DNA from: Geosiphon pyriformis uo1
Lineage: Eukaryota; Fungi; Glomeromycota
Direction: 5' to 3'
Assembly (NCBI GenBank): GCA_016748015.1
Contig: JAAOMT010000703.1
Coordinates: 372,001-436,000, forward strand
DNA: 64,000 nucleotides
Position 1 is the stretch's first letter, and each line of letters starts with the position of its first letter. Positions 41,050 through 54,184 of this stretch are shown here, piece by piece. Under the pieces are notes generated by a model. The model was given only the letters and a program-made list of their open reading frames with translations. It ran no database searches and was not told the origin of the DNA. A program made the position numbers and the translations under genes.

Positions 41050-41679
41050 ATGGAAATTACCAACAACATCTATTTATTAGCACAACAAATCTTTCAATTA
41101 ATCCAACACCAGGAGATAGAAATTACAATCAATTAACAAACCATTTGATACAAAAGTACTGCAAAAATACCACAACACAAAGTACAGAGAAAACTCGAAA
41201 ATGTTGTTGACAAAATCATGACCAAGGTAAAATTGGCTATGAAAGAACAACAAATAGTCGGATTACACCAAGAACTTACCAGAGAAACTTGGACTTGGTG
41301 GACACAACAATTTCCAAAAAACTATTGTCATTTTCACTTGGGACAACATGTAAATATTCAGAATTTGTATACTGACAAAACAAAATGGTTATTCGACACA
41401 ACAATACTGAGACAACTGAAACAATTTGTGAGAAAAAACAATCTAACCACACAAGCTCAAGCTATTTACTGGCTATATATGGGATTTCAAAACTGACCAG
41501 AAATTTTACTCAATACAGCAATGAATACAATTACAAGTAATCAATTAGAAAAAATGACCAACACCCAATTTGAAGAACTACAAACTCAAATAACACAAAT
41601 AATACTTGAAAAAGAAGTTCAAGAAATAATTCAAGAGGGGTAATTAAAAGAGTTAGATTTCGACAGAGCTCAATATTAA
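41050..41679 (+). pseudogene. Element E accessory ORF3 (209 aa)
   Basis: MEITNNIY..DFDRAQY*, single frame with four stops. TATATAAA at 41009-41016. Confidence 0.78.
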
Positions 41680-41692
41680 AAGGAGGAAATAA

Positions 41693-42579
41693 TGTTACTC
41701 ATAGAATATAGGAAGTATATTATTATTATTAGCAAGTAGATATTAGCCAATCAGAAATAGATATATAGTAAATGTAGAATTCTAGGATTCCTTTCAGAGA
41801 AATTGCAGAATTCCAGGAATTTCAGGATTCTCCGGTGAGAAATCGCAGGATTCCAGAATTCCAGGATTTTTCTCATTAGGAATTGCAGGATTCCAAGAAT
41901 TTCAGGATTCCTGTTGCAAGAAATTGAAAAATTGAAGAATCTCAAATATGTATATATAGCAGTAGTGTTAGAAGCAGAAAAAAAAAAATCAACACCAAGA
42001 ATCTTTAGCTTAGTTACTACAATCCTTAAATAAATAATTATTCATTATATCAAATTCATTTTTCACTATCAATACTTCATGTTGATAGTAACTGATACTT
42101 AACCATACTGAAACAATAGCTCTTGATCATGGCTATTAATAGAATACTAACTTGCAAATTGCCTTGGCTTATTTTTTATTTTCTCTTTTATTTTTATTTT
42201 ATTTATTTTGTTGTCTACTAACTTGATTAAAAAATTTACTCTTGAAAGACTTATGGAGGAATAAACTTGCTTAAAACAATATTTACTTTTGGAGGACTTA
42301 TGGAGGAACTGACATCAGGAAACAGCACTGATATACACTTATGGAAGATATTGTACCAGAAGAATTATCAACCATTAAGCTAAGCAAGCAATTGACAAAA
42401 CTATGGTTTCAGGAAACTACTGATAAACTGTTACCAGTGAATTTCTGTCCATTATACAAAGAACTCAATTGGAAAACCTTCAAATAAAATACCTTCAGAT
42501 TATCATCATCACCAATTGCTTTGAGCACCAAGTTATGGGTTTGTTATTCACTCAACACCCCAAAGAATCACCTGTAACA
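41693..42579 (+). repeat. 3' LTR of element E (887 bp)
   Basis: Follows PPT aaaaggaggaaa; TGTTACTC..CCTGTAACA. Confidence 0.93.
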
Positions 42580-43444
42580 ATAGTATACTCTCTAAGTTTT
42601 GTATTATCTACTAATATTAAGATCAGTAAAATTAAAAATCTTTTTTTTTTATAATTTGGTTTTCTGCAAATAACCAAAAGACCCACTATTTTTTTTTCTA
42701 TCATTATCTTTTTATTAAGAAAAAACAATAATAGAAACATCTAACACACCAACAAAAACACAAATAAAGACCTAATCTTAACAAAATTAAAAACACATTA
42801 AAAAAATATTAAATACATGAAATCACCTAAAAAATACTTGTAATATCTTGACCAAAATTAACAATTGACTTAAAAATCTGAAAAAATAATTTCTAATCAA
42901 AATTATTTTACAAATACTAATTTTGTTGATTTTTATTTTTTATTTTTTATTTTTATTTTTTTGAATTTATTAGAAATAAGGTATTACTTTACTATAAATA
43001 AAAGAATACAAATGTTTAATATTAATGTAAAATAAAAAAATATCTCTATAGAAGCTTTAAGAAAAGACACAATTAGAAGTATAGAAATACAACAGGAATT
43101 CTCCTTAAAAAACTAGTATAGCAGTGGCTACTAATAGCAATTTTAATAGAAATATTATATCACATACCAAATCCAATAATAAAAACACTTATCAGAAAAA
43201 ATTATTTAATATCTGCTAAGAAATTAAGAAAACTTATTAAGCTAATCTTCAGATTTTTAAATAAAAAAATAATAGTAATATATTAAATAAAAATTTAACA
43301 TAAATCAAAAGTAATGCTAATTAAGACTAATATACTTATTTTTGTATCAAAATTAGATAATTTACTATATTATTACTTGATCTAAAAAGCTATAAGAATT
43401 AATTATAGTATAACTACTAAAGAAAAAGAAAAACACTTATAATA

Positions 43445-46400
43445 CTAGCCAAGAATACAAACTAATATAATTTAATATGTTTACAACTGCAATATATGTT
43501 AAAAAAAAAGAAAATTCAAGAATAATCAAACTGCTGAAACCTATTAAATAGAAAAACTATTTAATAGAATAAAAATTGATTTAGTAAAACCATTAATTAT
43601 TATTATTAGAAGAAATTAATACATTGCAATTATTATAGACTAATTAACAAAATGGCCAAAAACAAAGGCTATTAAAATTACAGATGCTAAATTAGTTGCT
43701 AACTTTGTGTATAAAAATTTGATCTGTAGATATAACTATTCAAAAAAACTATTATTAAATCAAAAACTTATTTTGTAAATAATTTGCTTATTGAAATCAG
43801 TCAACATTTAAGATAAAATAGTTTTTTTTGTTATTTTACCATCCACAAATAAATAAATTAATAAAATGTTTTAATAAAACACTAAGTAAATTATTTGTAA
43901 AAATAAACAATAAAATAGAACAAAAATAAGACTTATTTATTCCTTTAATTTTATTAACATATTAAACACTAAAACAAAATATTATAAAATTCACACTATT
44001 TGAATTAACATAGAAGAAATATTATATTACTAATAAAACTAATAATAAACACTTACCCAACAAAACTAATAAACAAAAACAACCTACAAAAAACTATTAA
44101 AAAATGGGCTTATAAATTATTAGAAAAACTAGAAAGCAATTATTAATATACAACTAATAATATTAAGTACTTTTAAGAATAACAAAAAGCCTAACATGAT
44201 AGCAAACTCTCAAAACAACTTATTGTTTATAAAATAAAAAACAAATTTTTATTATACTAAACAAAAACAAAAAAACAATAGAACAGAAAATTTAATAATA
44301 AATGAAATAAATTTTTTTATGTTTATAGTGTCTTAAGTAATAAAACATATAAGTTACATTTAAGTAATAAAATTTTAAAGAAATTGCACATAGTAACCAA
44401 TTAAAAATCTACTATTAACAATAATTATTTAATCTATTAATATCTAAATTAAGAATACATATACTAATTATGTCTTTTAACCAAATTTTATAAAACTTAA
44501 AGTTAATAATAATTATTAATTATTATTTAAGTAACAATTAATTTAATTAGCCACATTCTGATTATTATTATTATTATTTAAAAAGAATTAAAACAATCTC
44601 AAAAACAGTTAAAAAAATCAAAAACATTAAATTATTAAAGAATTTTTTTAATTTTTATATATAAAATAATTTATTTTATTTATTATTTTATTTTATTATA
44701 AATATACTTAAAAATAACATAAATACTATTTTTTGTTACTATAAAAATATAATTTCTTATTAAAAATTACTCTTAATAATTTTGAAATTTTATATAAAAA
44801 AAAAATCCAGTTATATAAAAAAATAAACCAAACACAAACTATTTTAACTCTTATTGTAAGAAACAAAAAATAGCAATATATTAATTAATAAAATCATGAA
44901 AAAATTTCAGCTTTTAAAAAGTACAATATTTAAAAAAAGAAAACTTAATTGTTTTTTCTTGCTATATATACTTTATAATAATCATATAATTAGATTTTCA
45001 AACAATTTATATTAGAAAAAATAGCAAAAAATTTGACAAAAAAAAACTCCAGAAGTTTAAAAAACTGATTAGAAAAACCAATTCTAAGAACTATTTAAGG
45101 CAGTACACTAACTTTATATACTGTTTTAATACTGTTTAAAAATACTGTTAACAAATAAAATAAACATATTTACTTTTAATATAATTGTAAAACTTACTAA
45201 TAATAAAATTTAGAACTTACAAGAACAAATAATTCAAATAAGTATCCAAATTTTTATGTTAAACATTAACATTGAAAAAATACACATCAATTTTAACAAA
45301 GCTCAATCTTAAGAAAAGATAATATTATTTCATAAAAATTAACAAAAATCAAAAATAATAATATTATAAAATATTAACTATTTATTAAATAACAATATAA
45401 ATATTACAGAATAATAAATAAAATTAGAAACATAATATTTATATAATAATATGTAAAACATATACAAATATATTTAATTTAACATAATTATAAACAAATA
45501 AGTCAAAAAGCATTTATAATTAAACAAAAAACCCAATAATTTAACAATTACTTACTAATTAGTTAGAATAAACATAATTATATATAATTTAAAATATATA
45601 TATAATAATTTTTTAACTAGAAAAAAACAGATTAATAAGAAGTCAATTAAACAAACTAAAAAAAAGAAATTAAATTATAATTTCAAGAAAAACTGAAAAA
45701 TGTGCTCTTTTAGCTTTGTATTATATAATTTATTAATAATAAAATCAATAAATTAAAGACTTTTTTTTTATAAATCTAAACTTTAATAAAAGTTTAAAAA
45801 GAAATCACCACTTTTTAGTTATTACTTTTTATTAATGAAAACAATAATAAAAATATCTAATATAATAACAAAACACAAATAAAATTCAAGCTTAACAAAA
45901 TTAAAAATATATTAGAAAAATATTAACTATATATAATTATATAAAATTTATTTATAGTAATATTTTGGTCAAAATCAATAATTAACTCAAAAATTTGGAA
46001 TAATTTCTTTATAGCTTGAAAAAATAATCTTTAATCAAGATTATTTTCGAATACTAATTTTGTTAAATTTTATTTTTTTTTAATCTTCTATAAATTTATT
46101 AAAAATAAGATACTGCTTTATTAAAAATAAAAAAATACAGACATTTAATATTAGTGTAAAATAAAAAAAGTATTTTTGTAGGAGTTTTAAAGAAAGACAC
46201 AAACAAAAGTATAAAAATATAACAGAAATTCTTGAAAAACTAACATAGTAGTGGCAATTTTAATAAAAACAATACACAAAATATTAAATTAAATAAAAAA
46301 ACATTTATTAAAAAAAACTATTTAATATTTGCTAAAAGTTAAAAAAAACTTATTGAGCTAATTTTTAGGTTCTTAAATAAAAAAAATAGTAATAATTTAT

Positions 46401-46559
46401 TAAATAAGAATCTAATATAAATCAAAAACAGCATTTATTAAGACTAATATATTTATTTACATATTATAATTATATAATTTTCAGTATTATTATTTAATCT
46501 AAGACCATATTAAAAATTAATCATAATATAATCTCCAAAAAAAAAACTACTTTATAACA
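43445..46559 (+). mobile_element. 3' part of old Ty3/Gypsy element G (F family): integrase relic, ORF3, 3' LTR 45323-46559
   Basis: YVYNCNIC, IDLVKPL, KWPK and YHPQ relics. 44030-46559 parallels F 30770-32491 plus 42584-43444. Confidence 0.8.
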
Positions 46560-49500
46560 ACACTAAAGCAATTGCTTATAATTTTATTATCATTAAAAAC
46601 AGTAACTTATATATCTCAACATTTATGTTTATTTTAATATTAAAAAAGTAAGTCACTGTCTTATTAACTACTTTTACAATACCTAAGTTTTTTAATAAAC
46701 TATTAATATAAATACTTATTGTTTTTGTTTACAACTTATACAAATATTTTTAAATGTCTAAAAATTTTTTTAAGCAAAAAAAGTTCAAGCAGTTAGAATT
46801 AAGAATAATCTTATTAAATTTAACAAAAAAATTATTTATGTAAACTAAAGCTTTTATAAATTATGATAACATTAGATTTTTAAAAATATTTTTTTTTAAT
46901 AATAAAAAATCTTTCAATTTATAACCAATTTATACTTGTTTAATAACTGTTTTCAAATACAATACTAAAGTATCTCAAAAAATAAATCACATTAAAATAA
47001 TAAAAATTTTCTAATATTTTGAATATTAAAAAACAGCCAACACTATAAAATACATTAAACAAATTATTAGCCAAAAAAATTTTGTTATCCAAAAAATTAT
47101 TTATAATATTTGCCAAAAAATTATTTACAAAACTGACTTTTAATTTGACTAGATATTACAACAGATTTATAGACACTTAATCTAAAATCTGCAAATCCAA
47201 AAAATAGTGTTTAAATAATTAATTAAGAACTTCTATTGTATTAAAAAATCCAATTATTGAGACTATTTTGGTTTTTGTCTGTATCTGCTCAAAAAAAACC
47301 AATCTATACAGAAATAAATAATATAAAATCTTATTAAAAAAGTTTTTTAAAAAATTGGTCTTAAATTTAAGCTTTTTTTATTATTATAATATTTTATTTT
47401 TAACATATGCTTTTAGATACAAAACTGAATTGTGTTTAATAAATAATTATAAATTGTAAAACTTCTAAAGCTTGGCTTAAATATACTCTTTATTAACAGA
47501 AAAATTCTTAAATATCTGTAAGATTTATCTTATTTGACAATAAAAATTAGTTAACTATTAATGCACAAAAAAGCATTTATAACTTTTTAATTGATAAAAT
47601 AGCCACTGTTTGTTATTATTAATAAAAATGTTATTGATTTTAAAAAACTTATTAACTATATCTAAAATATAGTGTGTTAAAATCTGATTATTTTTTATCC
47701 AAATTATATTATTAACAAAAGCACTAATCATAAAAAAATAAATCTTCTTTTACTAATCTTTATTCTGTTTATTTTTGTCGTAAAATTCATGTTTATTTTA
47801 TATTTATATAAATATTTATGTCTTTTTACCTTATATAACAAAAAATTATAAAAAATCTTTTAAAAAAATAGTAAAAACATCTTATTTTGATCAAATTTAT
47901 TTTGTATTTTATAACTATTTAAAAGACCAAATTAATTATTACTTTGTTAATTCTGCTTTAATAAATTTATTGTATATTCTAATATGTTATAAACTAGCTT
48001 TCAAATAATATTATCTAACCAAATTATATGTTTTGCAAAATTAACTAAAGCTTTTAGTTTTTTTCAAAGCATTTTTTACTATTAAACCAATAATAAATAC
48101 AGAAAATTAAGTCAAAGTACTTTTTAAGACCAAGAAATTGTTATTTTAAAAAACATTAAACTTACTACAAGCAAATAAAATACAATTTGACAAAATTTTA
48201 GATGAAATTTTTTTACTTGTTTCAATTATTACAATAGACTATATATTTGTTAAAACATTATTCTAATCATAAAACTTGAAAATTATTAAAACTTATGTCT
48301 TTTTTTAAAGAACTAGAATATTATTAAGAGCCAGACAAGAATTTAACAGATCCAAAAGACATTTTATTATTCTATTATTATAGTGCTTTTAAAATTTCTT
48401 TAATATAACAAATAAATTAACAGCTTTGCTATTAAGCAGATTATTAATTACTAAAACCAATTTATCTATATTGATTTTTTCTATTATATTAGAAAAAACA
48501 TCTTTTTTTATATAGTTTAATAATACATACTAGTAAAACTACAAATTGGGTAATATTGAAAACATGTTCTACTTTTTTATCTAATTTACTATGATTTTAT
48601 TAATTCTAAGTTTTATTTTATTTAGCTTTAAAATCAACTTTTTTCAATTATTAAATAGTTTAAAATTATCTTACAAAAAAGTCATTCTAAAATACTTCTT
48701 ATTATATTTTTTCTATTAGAACTAAAAATTTTTATGTATTGGTTGATTATCTTTTTAATTAATTTAATTTTAGTTGTTTTGATTTATAGTACTTGAATTT
48801 TCTATATTTTTTCTTGATTATTGACAAATATTTAATAATATTTATTAACTTTATATTATTTTGAATCATATTACTAACTTTAAAAGTTTTTTTATTATCA
48901 ATAACTAACTATTTTATAATGAAACTATTAAATTTAAATCTATTATCTGAATTTATTTTCTTTACAATCTTGACAACCAATAATTTTAACTTAAAAAACT
49001 TTGATAATTATTTGTTTTTTAAACATTCAAATTTACTGTATCAATGTTTAAAGAAAACTTTATTTATTGAATTTACTATTATTTTTCTTAATATTTTTTA
49101 TATCTTATTTATATTATTGAAATTTTTTACATTCATAAATCCACTCATTGTTATCTAAAACTTAGCCAAAAAGCATTCTTAAAAGTATATTTATTTGATA
49201 TTATCTATATTTTTAACTCTAAATTTTCAATAATTTTTATTTGCTTATTTACAAATATTATTTAGACAAATATTTAAGAAATTATTTAATTTAACTAAGA
49301 CTATGACTGTTTTGTTATTAGTATTAAAAAAGTTAGATACAAAATCAACTTTATAATTCACAATTGTTAATAACAAAATTTTATTTACAAAAATATAGTT
49401 AATAATTTTTTTAACTTTATTTGAATTATTTTAAGTAGAAGTTTTGACTAAAAAATATCTAGTATTAAAAAATTTCTTATTTAAACCAAATTCTATCAAA

Positions 49501-51560
49501 CTTGTTTATAATTTAAGATTTAATATTAGACTTTAACTTTGTTTTTATAATAATTAAAATTATATTGTCAAACTTTACATATTAACAAATAATATATATT
49601 TTTTTAATCAGATTGTTTATGTCTTTAATATTGTATATGACTACTTTTCAAACAATATTGGTTATTAAAATAATAAAAACACTCAAAAACCTGAACTAGT
49701 GTATAATTAATTTAATTTTACCAAAATAAAAACTACAAATACTTCAAAAACAACTATTTTTTCAAACCATTTACTTTGGTGGTTAGAATCTTAAAACTGC
49801 TTATAATCAAACCTAAATTCTTATTTAATATTATTAAATAGAGAGAAAATAACATCTGCAAAGTATTTAAACTTATATTCAAATCTAAATTTGAATTCAA
49901 AACCACTAAATTGGTTAAAACAAAAAATAAAAAAATAGAAACCAAAGATACCAATTCTAAACTGTCTAATTTGTACACAATACTAGATATTTAATTAGTC
50001 AGCAACTCTAAAAACTATTTTAAAAAAGCCAACCAAGCATTAACAAAAAAAATTTTATTAAACTAAAAAGCACTAAAGTAAAGAAAACCAAAAAAAAACA
50101 GAATAAAAATCAACAAAAACAACAACTAAAAAAACTATTTTTGTCTAAGATTTGTTATTAAAAGCAACAAATTAGAAAATAAAATTATTTTTTAACATAA
50201 AAACAGATTAGCTAAAAATAATTTCTGTTTAAAACAAACTTTTTATAAATTTTTTTCAAAGTAAAAGCAGAAAAGTTTTTAAAGTCATATTTAAAAAAAA
50301 AGTATTTAAGATATTTATATTTTTTATATCAAATAAAATCCAATCTAACTTATAAAAATTTTATTTTACCAAAAATTAGTTCTATGTAGAAGACAGATTT
50401 CAGATTTTTTTTTAAAACCAATTATAGCACAATAAATTCTATTGTTAATATTGAATAACTAATTAATTATATATGTTTTTTTATTAATTTTTTTCAATAA
50501 AGTACTTAAATTATAAGTAATTATTTCTACAAACAGAATAAACAAAAGCATCTTAAACTAATTTTTAATAATTTTAATTATATATACTAAATTTTTTCCA
50601 ATTAAGAATAATTATCTTAATGCTAACTAATTGGTTTAACTTAATTCAGCAAATTTTACTATAGTTTTTTGTCAAAGTTCAATAAGTTGCAATTAGATTA
50701 ACACTATTTAATCAAACTTAAAGAAAACTGTAACAATTATTTTTTTGACATATTTATAAAAATTTTTTTAATAACTACAGTTTAATTTAAGCAAAATTTT
50801 TGTTTCTTGAGATTATTATTTACTTTGATGTTTTTTTTTCAACCAATAAAACAGCTTTTTTTATGTTTTTTTTTAATGTAAATATTGATTTAATTATATC
50901 TTTAAATTTTAAAAAAATAGTAATCTTTCCAAACCTATTTACTTTTAAAAAAAATTTTTAACAACTTGTACTTTTACTGTTATTAATTTTTTTTTAATTA
51001 TTAATAGATTAATATCCAAAATAAAAATTTTTTTAACAGAAACTTTTACCTAAATTTTTACAAATTTGGAATCAATCTATTTTTTGTTCAAGAAAATATT
51101 GAAAAAAAATAAGAAAGATCCAATATTTTCTTCTATTTAAAATTAAAAGAACCAAAAAAAAGCCATAATTAATATTAATATTTATTTTTTTGGCTTTAAA
51201 AATAGTAGCAGTCAAACTTAAAAAGAATTTATTATTAATGCCAATCAGAATACTATTGCTTTTATTATTATTAAACTTATTGTTTATATTCAAATACATA
51301 TTATTATCAAGATTAAACTTGACCAAAGAAATATTTCTCTTATTATTAAAGTATTCAATATTACTAAGAACAATTTTTTTTTGAAAGAAAAAACTATTAG
51401 CAAGATCATAAAAAGTCTTTTTAAATGTTTTTTTCTTATATATGTTATTACTTGAAGCAGCTTTTAAGTTCACAATAAAGAGATTATTTTCTTAAAAAAT
51501 ATTGAAAAAAAACAACAAGAAAACAAAAACTTTTTTTAAAAATATGTTTTTTAGAGAATT
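46560..51560 (-). mobile_element. Decayed non-LTR retrotransposon (LINE) H: ORF1 ~51473-49700, ORF2 APE endonuclease-RT from ~49660
   Basis: Minus-strand translation gives IV*KVVIYNIKDINN (APE start), IINYIFV and FFNTNNKTV (IDY/DTDH relics), and SAFVNNIIW at ~47700-47725 (RT FVDD with G>A). ORF1 shows QLIEL*QKTIVKFAEL. Confidence 0.75.
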
Positions 51561-51599
51561 TTAGACATAAAAAAATAATAATAAACAATTTTTAATTTA

Positions 51600-53250
51600 T
51601 AAAAAAACTATTTTTTTTTGTGTTTTATTTTGTAAAAGAGCTATAAATTAGATTAAATAAAGATAAATTTTATGTTTATTATTATAATATATATTTTAAT
51701 ATTATTATTAAACATATTATTTTAAGAAACAAACATATTATTCTAATTATTTGTTATTTTTTCAAGTTAAAAAAAGCTAAATTTATATTTGATTACTTAT
51801 ATATAAAACATAATAAGTTAAATTGAGTTATAAAATTTTGATTTATATTAATTTTAAGTTAAAATATTTATAATTTAAACTTAATTTCTACAAGTTAAAT
51901 ATTAAGTCAAAAAAGTTAACTTGATATTTTTAAAGTTTTAATTGGTTTAAAAATGATTATTAAATATATTATTAAGTTTTTTTGTATAAAAATTGCATTT
52001 TAAATTTTTTAAATATTATTATTAAAATTAAACTTATTAAATTATTATTTTTACAACTTTTAAAATTATAAAATTTTTTGTAATTTTTGTTGTGTATACT
52101 ATTGTAATTTTTTTAATAAAATGAAAAATATTTTTGGTATTTTTAATAAAATTTTTAGTATTGGGTTAAAGTTTATTAGTTTGTAATAATATGTTATGTG
52201 TTTTAAGTTTATTAAAATTGTTTTTACTTTTTTTTATTTTTTATTGTTGTTATTAAGTATTATTAATTGTTAATTATTTTATAAAAATCAAAATTTTTTA
52301 ATAAGTTATAATTTATGTGTTTTTAATAATAAAAAATAAATATTAAAACAATTATTATTTTTTATAATATATTTAAAACTAAATTAATTAATTTTTTTTT
52401 AATTTATATGGTTTTTAAAATTAATAAATTGGTTTTTTAAGTTGGTAATTAAATTTTTTTATTTTTAGTAATTATTATTAAAAATATGTTATTATAAATT
52501 TTAAATTTAAAAAATAATTAATTAAATTATTATTAAAATTATTTTATAAAAAAAATTATATTTAATAAAAAATTTTAAATATTAATATTATTATAAATAT
52601 TAAAATTTAAATTATTTGGGTTTTAATTATAAAATTATTATTTTTGGTTTTTTAAAATTTTAATTTAAGTCTTTTGTAATTTTTAAAATCTTATTTTATC
52701 AATTTAATAATTTATTATTATACATTAAAACTGCTGTATTTTTATTTTTCTAATATTGTTTATTTAATAATAGTTTTTATTATAATAATTAATATTAAGA
52801 TTGTTTTATTAAAATTATAATGCTTAAACTGTTTTAATTAATTAACCAGTTGTTTAACTTATTAAAACTTTAATAGTTTTGTTTTTTTTGTTGGTTGTAA
52901 AAAAAAATCAATTTAATAATTAATATATAAATATTATTTTTAAAAAAGCAGTTTGTTAATATTATTAATATAATTGCTAATATTTTTAAGAATTTTATTG
53001 GCTTTAAAAATAGGTTTAATGTTGGTTTTTTAATAATAAAAATATAAAAGTTATTATTATTATTTGTATAAATAAAAATATTTTTAAGTAATTAATAATT
53101 TTTTTAAATTTTTAAATTTTAGATGTTAAAAACAGTAAAAAAAACTTTCAAGTTGTAAATAAGTAAGTTTTTAAAAAATAAAAATTATTTAAATGTTTGT
53201 ATTAGCAAAACGAAAACACAGAATTTATTAATTTAAAGTAAATTTAATTG
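51600..53250. other. Extremely AT-rich relic, probably terminally eroded retroelement sequence
   Basis: Almost no C on the + strand and no ORF. Only faint gag-like traces on the minus strand. Confidence 0.35.
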
Positions 53251-53773
53251 GCTTAAGTAGTTAATTATATATTATATGTAATTTAATTCATATTTAATAT
53301 ATAATATTTTATATTATTTAAAAATCAATGGTTGAATTACAGTTATATAACATAAATTGATCTATTGATTAAGGTATATCAAGCAGAAAAAAAAATTTAA
53401 AACTTTGATTTTTATAATAATAAATTTATATTTAAAAATTTTTTAATAAAAATTATTTACATAATATTTATTTTTAAGTTTATATTAATAAATCTTAAGT
53501 GTAAATAAAACATAATATTATAATATTATTTAGTTGAAAATTAATTTATTTTATCTTTTTATTTTTTTTATTTTAAAAAACAATTCAATTTTAAATATAA
53601 CTGTTAAAATTAATAAAATAAATGTAAAATTATCAAAAAAAAACATTTTTAGTGTTTATTTTCTAATTTTTTTCCATACACTCAATTTAAGATAATCAAT
53701 AATTAAAATATAAAATATATTTAAACAATTAATATGAGCGCAATTAGGTTTTTTTTATTAGTTTTATTAAATA

Positions 53774-53777
<4 letters not shown>

Positions 53778-53828
<51 letters not shown>
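53778..53828. repeat. (AAT)n microsatellite (others ~55960, 56979, 58285, 59192-59270, 60678-60781)
   Basis: Directly visible. Confidence 0.95.
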
Positions 53829-53830
<2 letters not shown>

Positions 53831-54184
53831 CAAATCTTGTTCAAGATAAAGATTTATGACAATTTACACACAATTTAGAAAAAATTTTAATTTTTTTTTT
53901 GGTTATTATAAACAATTAAACAATTTTAAATTTACAAACAACAATATTATTTTTTTAATTTTTAAAAAGTCTAAATTGCTAGTCATTTAACTGTAAAAAG
54001 ATTTTAAATGTTAGGTGCACAAGGATAATTATTCAAAATTGTAACGCATATACCATCAGATTGTGCATGTATAAAGTCAATCAATGTATTTTAATTGACC
54101 CCCAAATTACGTCATTTCACAGATGCCTGGCCAAATAACAAACTTTTTTACCTGATGATCTTTATCTTCGCTTTATCACTCATC

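Larger units (their letters stand above)
32492..42579 (+). mobile_element. Full-length Ty3/Gypsy element E (10.1 kb, decayed)
   Basis: Paired LTRs 32492-33280 and 41693-42579, TSD ATAG (32488-32491, 42580-42583), PBS, gag-pol 33342-39550, integrase ~39613-40995, ORF3 41050-41679, PPT. Confidence 0.95.
25899..43444 (+). mobile_element. Old, heavily AT-eroded Ty3/Gypsy element F with internal deletion; contains E; inserted into integrase of G
   Basis: 5' LTR remainder 25899-27077 followed by tttggt PBS relic. Gag ~27950, protease ~29340, dUTPase start ~30660 joined to integrase C-terminus ~30770, ORF3 31441-32067. 3' LTR 32079-32491 plus 42584-43444 matches the 5' LTR. Confidence 0.8.

Noticed and set aside
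41050-41679. ORF3 as an env gene
   Set aside because: It is short and has no signal peptide, TM helix or furin-site/fusion-peptide pattern.
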